From Candidatus Berkelbacteria bacterium (GTDB lineage: Bacteria > Patescibacteriota > UBA1384 > XYA2-FULL-43-10 > 1-14-0-10-43-13): 64,000 nt of DNA. Made by a program: the position numbers and the translations under genes. How positions within the stretch are numbered: position 1 is the stretch's first letter; every line of letters begins with the position of its first letter. This document shows positions 29,048 to 36,384 of the stretch, piece by piece. Location of the stretch: NCBI GenBank assembly GCA_037143235.1, contig JBAWZC010000004.1:1776-65775 (forward strand), given 5' to 3'. Under the pieces are notes generated by a model. It saw only the letters and a program-made list of their open reading frames with translations, was not told where the DNA came from and searched no databases.

Positions 29048-29479
29048 ATGATCAAAAAATTAATTTATAATTTTTTCTACGATATCTATGTAGATTTGTT
29101 CGTTGCTTTTATCTTTATATATTTTGCTTTAATAGACTATAAAGTCGGATTTTTAAGCATTCTTGGCATAGCTTTAATACTGCTCTCTTTGCCTCTCTGG
29201 ATTTTGGCCCGCTTCCAATTAGGCAAATCGTTTGCATTAAGGCCAATAGCTAAAAACTTTGTTCACTCAGGTTTATATTCAAAGATTCGACACCCAATGT
29301 ATTTGTTCTCTTCAATAACTGCTTTCGGAATTATGCTAATACTTAATCATTGGTATTGGTATTTACTTTTTTTCATACTAATAGTAGTTCAGATTTTTCG
29401 AGCAACCAAAGAAGACCACGCGCTAGAGAAAACATTTGGTCAGGGCTACTTTGATTACAAACGAAAAACTTGGTTTTAA
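29048..29479 (+). CDS. Isoprenylcysteine carboxyl methyltransferase (ICMT) / phospholipid methyltransferase-family membrane protein
   Basis: Four TM helices and the C-terminal RHPMYLFSSITAFG ... ATKEDHALEKTFGQGYFDYKRKT motif of the ICMT/PEMT family. Confidence 0.7.
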   Translation: MIKKLIYNFFYDIYVDLFVAFIFIYFALIDYKVGFLSILGIALILLSLPLWILARFQLGKSFALRPIAKNFVHSGLYSKIRHPMYLFSSITAFGIMLILNHWYWYLLFFILIVVQIFRATKEDHALEKTFGQGYFDYKRKTWF

Positions 29480-29526
29480 AATTTTGTTCTGTTGCAACAA
29501 AAATAGCTCCAAGAGCTATTTTTTCT

Positions 29527-29575
29527 TTGGCGGCACCCTAAGCGTGTCAATTGCCAAGCTTAGCTTGGCGGAGGA
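29527..29575. repeat. Copy 1 of a roughly 50-bp intergenic repeat (TTGGCGGCACCCTAAGCGTGTCAATTGCCAAGCTTAGCTTGGCGGAGG). Its 5' part resembles a tRNA 3' acceptor end.
   Basis: Related copies at 30327-30373 and 31877-31926. The CTAAGCGTG hairpin core also follows tRNA-Pro (41283) and precedes the tRNA-Lys scar (48139). Confidence 0.7.
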
Positions 29576-29584
29576 AGCTAGAGC

Positions 29585-30241
29585 TTATTCCTTGATTAGG
29601 TGGCTGGTGTAACCCATTGAAACCAACTGCTCGTATGCCTTCCAGACATCTTCTGGTATCTCTTGCTCGATTTGAAATCCAAGTTTTGGATATTCTTTGA
29701 TTCTTTGTAAATCGCCTACCATAATATTAATTATATCTTGCTTTAGGATTGCACCATTTGAAACATACTCATCGTAAGATAATTGCGGCGAAGTGACTAC
29801 GAAATCTTTTTCTGGCCAGACCTTTTTGAAGGTCGCGTATGTTCGTCTTTCCATATAAGGTTTTTGAACCAAAACGAAAGAGTCAAAGTCAAGTTTCTTT
29901 TTTTCGAGTATTTTTTTGGTAAACTCAACATTCTCGCCAGTATTTGTGGACTTATTTTCAATTATTATTTGCTCTTTTGGTACTCCTAGGTCAATCGCAA
30001 TTTCGGCAAAGAGATCAGCCTCGGGTTTGTCAAAAATATCCTGAGTTAATTTGCCGACCCCACCAGAAAATATTATATACGGAGCGAAACCTTTCAGGTA
30101 TAATTCTGCCCCTCTCTCGGCCACTCGTTTATCATGGCTGCATAAGACAAAAATAGCATCGGCTTTTTTGATCATCTGATGCATATGATGATATTCCCAT
30201 ATAGTCTTTGCGAGGACATCAATTGTTGCTTCTTTTTCCAT
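29585..30241 (-). CDS. YdcF/ElyC/SanA-family (DUF218) protein
   Basis: AIFVLCSHDKRVAERGAELYLKGFAPYIIFSGG and the DUF218-type layout. Confidence 0.7.
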   Translation of the reverse strand: MEKEATIDVLAKTIWEYHHMHQMIKKADAIFVLCSHDKRVAERGAELYLKGFAPYIIFSGGVGKLTQDIFDKPEADLFAEIAIDLGVPKEQIIIENKSTNTGENVEFTKKILEKKKLDFDSFVLVQKPYMERRTYATFKKVWPEKDFVVTSPQLSYDEYVSNGAILKQDIINIMVGDLQRIKEYPKLGFQIEQEIPEDVWKAYEQLVSMGYTSHLIKE

Positions 30242-30326
30242 ACTATAAATATATCATGGTCATGCAAAATATTCAGCACTCACTCTGTCCTATAACAAAA
30301 AAGCATCTTCTGGAGATAATTTTTAT

Positions 30327-30373
30327 TTAGCGGCGCTATCAACACGTCAATCGCTAAGCTCGGCTTAGCGAAG
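30327..30373. repeat. Copy 2 (more diverged) of the CTAAGCGTG-type intergenic repeat
   Basis: TTTAGCGGCGCTATCAACACGTCAATCGCTAAGCTCGGCTTAGCGAAG. Confidence 0.55.
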
Positions 30374-30399
30374 AATAGTGGAAAAATAGGAATGTTTGC

Positions 30400-31806
30400 T
30401 TAAACCGCCAAAGGATATAGCTCAAGCTCTGTCCTCTGCGGTCGACTACCTTTGTCTGGCCTTTTGTGATGGCTTCCTTTTTGGATGGCGACTCCACCGT
30501 CTGGCCATATATGTACTCCGCCCATACAAGCGCCGGGGTCTGCATCCTCTTCATATTTCGGATTATCGTCGTGCTCTTTCCAGTGGCTTACAGATCCAGT
30601 TTGCACACGATAATAATATGCTTGATGTTGTTCGTCCATGCCTGAAGTTAATTTCAGTTCATTTACATATTTAATTAATGGAGCTCTTACTAATTCCTCG
30701 AATTCTCTATGCTCAGGAGAGCCATCTTCGTCAAGGCGAAAGACAATATTTAGTGGAAGACCCTGAAAAGCCAAGATCACGTTTTTCATATGCTCTCTAT
30801 ATTGATTTAGGTCTTTTCTTGCCAACCCTTCTGAAGGCGAGATGCTAATCCTGATATCTGAGAGTAAATATGGCTGTTCATTGCAAAGTTCGACAATTTT
30901 CTTGGCTGCAATAGGGCCTAGTTGGTCGCCTTCCTGCCAACCCGCTGTCGAGATAAATACTGGACGAAGAGGGGTGGCAATCATGCGAAAAGCATCACCA
31001 AGGTCAGCTATCTGTCCGTTCTCGTGGCGTAGGCTTGTGTCTCGCCAGTCAAATGGGTCACTGTCATTGAAAATATTAAGCTCTCTGCGAAAAGTATACG
31101 GGCTTAGGGGATAGTAATGTCGAAGAAATTGAAAAGTCCGACGGGGATCATTGCGATCTATCGGCACGGGAGGTACCTTTCCTTCTGGTTGATCGAAGTA
31201 TTTGGAAATCTCTTGGCCTGAGAATTCCTTTTCTATCGTCCTGATCAGTAAAATAGCATCTTCGGTAAAACCCTTATCAACTTGTTCTTTAAACCAATTA
31301 AGGTCAATCTTATTAAGATTAGTCCCGGTGATATTTTCAATATGCGTTGACCAGTCATCCCAGACTTTTTCGACTGGTATTTTTGACTTTTCAATCTCTT
31401 CGCCAATTTTGCCGATCATTACCAACGGCATTGATGTTAAGGGCTGGTCGACCCGATCGCACATTTCGCATTGATGGGAGCAGCCTTTTGTTATTTGGAC
31501 GCAAGATAAATTTTGGTAACCAAACACAACCTCTTTTTCATGGTCGGTCAGATGGACATCATCGAATAGATCAAGGCGCGGATTCTCAACCGTAGGTAGT
31601 TCCTTTGCAATTTCAGTAATTAAATCATCCGACCCATCGGCAATAGCATTCTCGACCCGAGCCCTTATAGCCTCACCTGCCTTAGAGAATGGGACGGTTC
31701 GCCGAAGAAAATTTTGGCAGCGTTCAGTTAAGATGCGTTGCTCTTTATCCTTGGGTTTGTCCTGATCCTCACTGTCGGGTTGTTCGGAGTGATTAAGTCT
31801 GTCCAT
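30400..31806 (-). CDS. Radical SAM domain protein of unassigned subfamily (468 aa)
   Basis: CxxxCxxC cluster in ITKGCSHQCEMCDR at about residue 108. No SPASM-like Cys-rich tail is evident. Confidence 0.7.
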   Translation of the reverse strand: MDRLNHSEQPDSEDQDKPKDKEQRILTERCQNFLRRTVPFSKAGEAIRARVENAIADGSDDLITEIAKELPTVENPRLDLFDDVHLTDHEKEVVFGYQNLSCVQITKGCSHQCEMCDRVDQPLTSMPLVMIGKIGEEIEKSKIPVEKVWDDWSTHIENITGTNLNKIDLNWFKEQVDKGFTEDAILLIRTIEKEFSGQEISKYFDQPEGKVPPVPIDRNDPRRTFQFLRHYYPLSPYTFRRELNIFNDSDPFDWRDTSLRHENGQIADLGDAFRMIATPLRPVFISTAGWQEGDQLGPIAAKKIVELCNEQPYLLSDIRISISPSEGLARKDLNQYREHMKNVILAFQGLPLNIVFRLDEDGSPEHREFEELVRAPLIKYVNELKLTSGMDEQHQAYYYRVQTGSVSHWKEHDDNPKYEEDADPGACMGGVHIWPDGGVAIQKGSHHKRPDKGSRPQRTELELYPLAV

Positions 31807-31876
31807 AATATTATTTTATCATTTTTTCCAGATGACTGGAATTTTTGTATATAAAAAAATCAATCCAGATAGTTTA

Positions 31877-31926
31877 TTGGCGGCAGGCTAAGCGTGCTAA
31901 ATGCCAAACTGAGCTTGTCGGGAGCA
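31877..31926. repeat. Copy 3 of the CTAAGCGTG-type repeat, fused to a duplicated tRNA-Asp flank (31848-31883)
   Basis: ATTGGCGGCAGGCTAAGCGTGCTAAATGCCAAACTGAGCTTGTCGGGAGC. It is preceded by TATATAAAAAAATCAATCCAGATAGTTTATTGGCGG, which recurs at 33357-33391 next to tRNA-Asp. Confidence 0.65.
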
Positions 31927-31937
31927 TGTGGGGGATG

Positions 31938-32357
31938 TTAGAACTTTTTGCTTAAGTATCCATTGTCAATTAAAAATGGAATTATTTGCTCTGTGATTGA
32001 TGGGGGAAGCTTGATTCCTTTTTCTTTATAATCACTTGAGATATAAGCAAATTCTTCGAGTTCGTCATCTTGAATGACTGGTTCTCCTATAATTTCAACT
32101 AGGAAGGCAGATAGCTTGACAATTGCGTCATCAAAAATTGCCTTCGACTCGAAATCTCTGAGTTTTTTAATGATATTAATATCGCAGCCTATTTCTTCGT
32201 TTACCTCGCGAGCTAAAGCGACTTTTTCAGTTTCGCCTATTTCCGGTTTTCCGCCTAAATTAGTCCAAATATCTTTTCCCTTTTTACGAACCATAATAAA
32301 GGAGTCATTTTTGATTGAAATGGCGATAATTTTATGAATTATTTTCATTTTTTGCAC
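31938..32357 (-). CDS. NUDIX hydrolase
   Basis: Nudix box GGKPEIGETEKVALAREVNEEIG. Confidence 0.8.
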   Translation of the reverse strand: MQKMKIIHKIIAISIKNDSFIMVRKKGKDIWTNLGGKPEIGETEKVALAREVNEEIGCDINIIKKLRDFESKAIFDDAIVKLSAFLVEIIGEPVIQDDELEEFAYISSDYKEKGIKLPPSITEQIIPFLIDNGYLSKKF

Positions 32358-33292
32358 AACTTTAATTTTTTGGTATCGATGAATATTTTCTTTGTATTTT
32401 GTTCTGATTTTGTTGTGGTTTTTACTTGTCCTAAGTCTAACAAGTTTCCACTAAAATGGCCAGTTGAATATGCAGTGATCACTTTTTTGTGCCAATTTAA
32501 ATCGTTTATCGTTCGGCCAGCAATTTTGAACCACCTAATTCCTCTTCTTTGATATTCGTCCATCCATTCAGGAAGAACGAAATAACCTTTTAGAATATCT
32601 TCGGTTTTACTCATAAAAAAGCCAGAACAAAGATTGTATGGGAAATTGTCAAAGTGTTGATCGCTGGATTTGTAGTTGTCGGCTAATCCTTGCAAAATAT
32701 AATGGCAATTTCTCATCAAACAATCACCGCAGAATTCGTTGACTAAAATCTCGAATTCAGCATCTTTTACTTCATTCAATTTATCTAACAATCCAAAATT
32801 TCTGTTTGTTCTTAGATCAAGAATTATTCTTTTCGCCCCAAGCCATTTGGCTTGTTCAATTCTCGGAATCGAATCAATCCCCATAATCGTGCTAGTGACA
32901 ACATTAAAATCGGAAAATTTTTGCTTTATGAATTCCATTGCTAACGGCGAAGAAACCGTGATAGTTTTAATTCCTATTTTATTTAGATTGATTAGCAGCC
33001 CTTTGATATCATTATCCAAATCTTTTAAAGTAATCGCCGGAGAATTAAGCGCGTAATTAAATCCTATGTTTATTGTTGATAATTTATCAACAAACAATCC
33101 GAGTTTGTTTATTGTGATAGCTGGCAATCTTGAAGATTCGCGTGCAGTATATTTTGGCAATGAGCCGTAAACCTCTTTAATTTTTGCACTACCTTGTACT
33201 TCATTAATCGATTTGTAAAAATTAATTGCATTTTCATGAAAAATAAATGGCACCGACAACAAGGCGTTAGGTTGTTTTGATTGTGTTTGCAT
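32345..33292 (-). CDS. Divergent peptidase-U32-family-like TIM-barrel protein with a Cys cluster. The family assignment is tentative.
   Basis: LGAKRIILDLRTN and EFEILVNEFCGDCLMRNCHYIL ... NLCSGFF parallel the U32 core (lGakRvvLaREL ... EvFvHGalC..SGrC..S). The Cys spacing resembles the Fe-S site of UbiU/UbiV/TrhP-type U32 hydroxylases. Confidence 0.4.
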   Translation of the reverse strand: MQTQSKQPNALLSVPFIFHENAINFYKSINEVQGSAKIKEVYGSLPKYTARESSRLPAITINKLGLFVDKLSTINIGFNYALNSPAITLKDLDNDIKGLLINLNKIGIKTITVSSPLAMEFIKQKFSDFNVVTSTIMGIDSIPRIEQAKWLGAKRIILDLRTNRNFGLLDKLNEVKDAEFEILVNEFCGDCLMRNCHYILQGLADNYKSSDQHFDNFPYNLCSGFFMSKTEDILKGYFVLPEWMDEYQRRGIRWFKIAGRTINDLNWHKKVITAYSTGHFSGNLLDLGQVKTTTKSEQNTKKIFIDTKKLKLCKK

Positions 33293-33385
33293 AAATTTAT
33301 TATACCAAAATATATAATTTGCGATATGGAATACCAGGTCAAAATTATAAAAAGATGTATAAAAAAATCAATCCAAATAGTTTAT

Positions 33386-33462
33386 TGGCGGGATCGGCCG
33401 GATTCGAACCGGTGACCTCCACAGTGACAGTGTGGCGTTCTAACCAACTGAACTACGACCCC
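33386..33462 (-). tRNA. tRNA-Asp (anticodon GTC)
   Basis: Hand-folded: acceptor GGGGTCG/CGATCCC, anticodon loop CTGTCAC, T-loop TTCGAAT, CCA encoded. Confidence 0.85.
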
Positions 33463-33557
33463 GCGGTAAACTATTTGGATTGATTTTTCTGTCGCAAAGA
33501 ATCACGACACTAAGATAATAGCATTTTTAGGAAGATTATTCAATCCTAAATATCTTT

Positions 33558-33633
33558 TGGAGCCGATGAGAGGATTTGAACCTCCGACCTCCACTTTACG
33601 AAAGTGTTGCTCTACCAGCTGAGCTACATCGGC
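33558..33633 (-). tRNA. tRNA-Thr (anticodon CGT)
   Basis: Hand-folded: acceptor GCCGATG/CATCGGC, anticodon loop TTCGTAA, T-loop TTCAAAT, CCA encoded. Confidence 0.8.
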
Positions 33634-33634
33634 C

Positions 33635-33708
33635 TGGAGCGGGTAGCGGGAATCGAACCCGCGACTCATCCTTGGGAAGGACGCATTTTACCACTAAACC
33701 ATACCCGC
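33635..33708 (-). tRNA. tRNA-Gly (anticodon CCC)
   Basis: Hand-folded: acceptor GCGGGTA/TACCCGC, anticodon loop TTCCCAA, T-loop TTCGATT, CCA encoded. Lies 1 nt from tRNA-Thr. Confidence 0.8.
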
Positions 33709-33774
33709 GACAGAATTAAAATTATCATTTCTAGACACAAAACACAACCCGAGAACGAGAGAGTATAGCCAGGT

Positions 33775-34515
33775 TTATTTGATAAAGTGTGCCCTTGCTT
33801 GCGCTTCAAATCGGTCATCGATTTTCTCTAGCGTGATTTCTTCAGCATATTTGATCTGCAGCGTTTTTTTGATTATCCAGTCAGCCAGTTCAGGATTTTT
33901 GGCCAAGACTGGACCGTGCAAATAGGTGCCGATAGAATTGTGATAGATTGCTCCTTCGTCACCGCCATGTTCACTGTTGCCGAAACCTGCTGTGATTTGG
34001 CCGAAAGCCTGCATCTCTCTACCGAGAAATGTTTGACCCCCATGATTTTCAAAGCCAATCACTATCTGTTCGGCAGTGTCCGGCAACTTTGCCTTAATAC
34101 TGATATTGCCGATCAATCGTTTCGCCCCAGTATTTTCAGTGTGTAGATCAAAGATGCCAAGCCCATGAATCTTTTTGCCTTGCGCAGTGATATAGTATTG
34201 CCCGAGCAGCTGGTAGGCGCCACAAATATAAAGTCCGGGGATGCCTTTTTCAATTGCCTTTTTTAGCGCAGCTTTCTTTGCCATCAGGCTCTCAAAGATA
34301 ATTTCTTGCTGGCGATCTTGAGCTCCGCCCATAAATAGAAAATCTACTGCTGCAATCTCAGTTGGGTCGCTTTTGATCGAAATCGGTCTAATCTCTGTGT
34401 CGATATTGCGTTCATGACACCGATTGGTCAGTATCAGGATATTGCCTCTGTCTCCGTAAGTGTTCATAAATTCGGGATACAGCCAGCCAATGATGATTTT
34501 TTTGTTCTGGTTCAT
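33775..34515 (-). CDS. gatD: Lipid II isoglutaminyl synthase, glutamine amidotransferase subunit GatD (CobQ-like GATase)
   Basis: GWLYPEFMNTYGDRGN, LYICGAYQLLG and the HGP region. Overlaps and follows murT. Confidence 0.8.
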   Translation of the reverse strand: MNQNKKIIIGWLYPEFMNTYGDRGNILILTNRCHERNIDTEIRPISIKSDPTEIAAVDFLFMGGAQDRQQEIIFESLMAKKAALKKAIEKGIPGLYICGAYQLLGQYYITAQGKKIHGLGIFDLHTENTGAKRLIGNISIKAKLPDTAEQIVIGFENHGGQTFLGREMQAFGQITAGFGNSEHGGDEGAIYHNSIGTYLHGPVLAKNPELADWIIKKTLQIKYAEEITLEKIDDRFEAQARAHFIK

Positions 34516-35894
34516 TTTTTAATCTCCATCGAGTCCCCAGTCAATATTTTTCGCAGTTCTAGCATTTGTGAATAGACCGGCAGGACAAAAATTGTTTCAC
34601 CAGCTTCACTTGCGGAAATTACAGTTGATAGTATTTTGGTGATTGATTCGTCAGCAATAATTTTTTCGTCAAAACTCGTTTTTCTGCTGTTCTGACTGTT
34701 TTCTCGCATCGCGTATTTAATCCTGATCGCCATATCGTATGCTCGACCACCGGCGATCCAGACCTTGTCGGTATTATCGACCAGTCGCTCATAATTTACA
34801 TCCCAAATCCAGGAAACATCCCGTCCATCGGGAATAGCATCATTCAAAAGTAGTAAAACTTTTTTGTTTTTTTCTTTGGAGTTCACTATCAGATCGATCG
34901 ACTGATTAAATCCAACAGGATTTTTCGACAATTGGATCCAGATTTTTCGCCCCTGATACTCGATAATTTCTTGGCGTCCGAAAGCCGGCAGAAAGTCCTC
35001 GATGTCAGCATTAATTTTTTCTGGCTCTATTTGAAAAATTTTTTTCAAGACCAGGGCCACCGCACTCAGATTGTATCGATTGAAAGTGCCAGAGAGGGGA
35101 CTTACGATATTTTTTGATAGGTCGGTTATTTCTCCTGCATTGCCGCCACAGTGATCGCAGCTGAAAACTCCGATATGAGAATAGGCAATGCAAGAAAATG
35201 ATAGGGAGGACAAACAGATTGGGCAGTAGGTGGCGTCTGCTTCGATCGAAGTAGTGTCATTTTTTTCAATTTGTTCCTCGCTGATGCCGAAATAATTAAC
35301 TTTTTGTAATAACTTTTGGCCGAGAAAAAATAGGTTTGGGTCTTGGCCATTTAGAAATATTTGCGGAGCAGGGGAGAGACCGACGATGCTTTTTTCCCAT
35401 TTATCTCTGATCGCATCGATCTCGCCATAGCGATCTAGCTGATCGCGAAATAAATTCAAGGCCAAGATAGCAGTCGGCTCAAATTGTTTGAGGCACTGTG
35501 GCAGAGCGTTTTCGTCAACCTCTAGGATCGCCACATCGGCTTTGATCTGGCCGAAAATATTGGCATTATTTATCAGTGTCGAGGTGATGCCGTTTAGCAG
35601 GTTTGCCCCAGTCGTATTCGAAAAGGTCTTATGTCCATTTTTTGTAAGAACATGTGTCAGCAATTTCGCGCAGGTAGTTTTGCCGTTTGTGCCGACAATC
35701 AAAATTGTTTTTAAATGCTTATTCTTCTGCAACAGGACATCGACAAAGTTTTTTTCAAGTTTTAGGGCAATATGACCAGGCCAAGTTGCGCCATGGCCGA
35801 TCTTGAGCGAGCGAATGCCAAAAAGAATGGACTTTGTCAGCGCGACCAGTGCTACCGTTTTGATCCCGTCAGTTGTGGTATTTTTTCGTCTCAT
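34512..35894 (-). CDS. murT: Lipid II isoglutaminyl synthase, Mur-ligase-family subunit MurT
   Basis: P-loop VGTNGKTTCAKLL and Cys-rich ribbon CPICLSSLSFSCIAYSHIGVFSCDHCGG, plus the C-terminal DUF1727-like region. Confidence 0.85.
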   Translation of the reverse strand: MRRKNTTTDGIKTVALVALTKSILFGIRSLKIGHGATWPGHIALKLEKNFVDVLLQKNKHLKTILIVGTNGKTTCAKLLTHVLTKNGHKTFSNTTGANLLNGITSTLINNANIFGQIKADVAILEVDENALPQCLKQFEPTAILALNLFRDQLDRYGEIDAIRDKWEKSIVGLSPAPQIFLNGQDPNLFFLGQKLLQKVNYFGISEEQIEKNDTTSIEADATYCPICLSSLSFSCIAYSHIGVFSCDHCGGNAGEITDLSKNIVSPLSGTFNRYNLSAVALVLKKIFQIEPEKINADIEDFLPAFGRQEIIEYQGRKIWIQLSKNPVGFNQSIDLIVNSKEKNKKVLLLLNDAIPDGRDVSWIWDVNYERLVDNTDKVWIAGGRAYDMAIRIKYAMRENSQNSRKTSFDEKIIADESITKILSTVISASEAGETIFVLPVYSQMLELRKILTGDSMEIKK

Positions 35895-36057
35895 CTGCTT
35901 TGTATTCTATCTTATTGGTGTGGAAATGAGAAGCAATATGTTACACTTGGCTTCTTTCGGTTCCTACTTTTTTATCTTACTAGCTTAAACACTTATCGGC
36001 TTATACTGATCAGAGCCCTGTATTTTAATTTGATTCCTGATATACTACAATACAGAT

Positions 36058-36384
36058 ATGTCCAATTACCTAGCCGAACTCAAAGAGCAATATCGCGACA
36101 GAGTAAACATCATGTTGTTTATCTCGGCCGCTTTGTTGGCTGTGGCAGATTACATCCTGTGGCATTTTTACTTAGCTGACCCGACTCTTTTCATCTATCT
36201 GCCAATCCAGATGTACCCTGTAAAGCTGTTGTTCTTGATTATCCTGATCAATACCCTTTCGGCCACCTTTTCCTATCCAAAAGAGAAGGAAATCTCCTAC
36301 CTGCTGCACATAGCTAGTATTATCTTGGCCCTGCTTACCTTGGCACTGGAAATATTTTATATTATTCATACATATATCTCATGA
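36058..36384 (+). CDS. Small polytopic membrane protein, hypothetical. Immediately upstream of and overlapping the GT2 synthase.
   Basis: 108 aa with three TM helices. Confidence 0.4.
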   Translation: MSNYLAELKEQYRDRVNIMLFISAALLAVADYILWHFYLADPTLFIYLPIQMYPVKLLFLIILINTLSATFSYPKEKEISYLLHIASIILALLTLALEIFYIIHTYIS

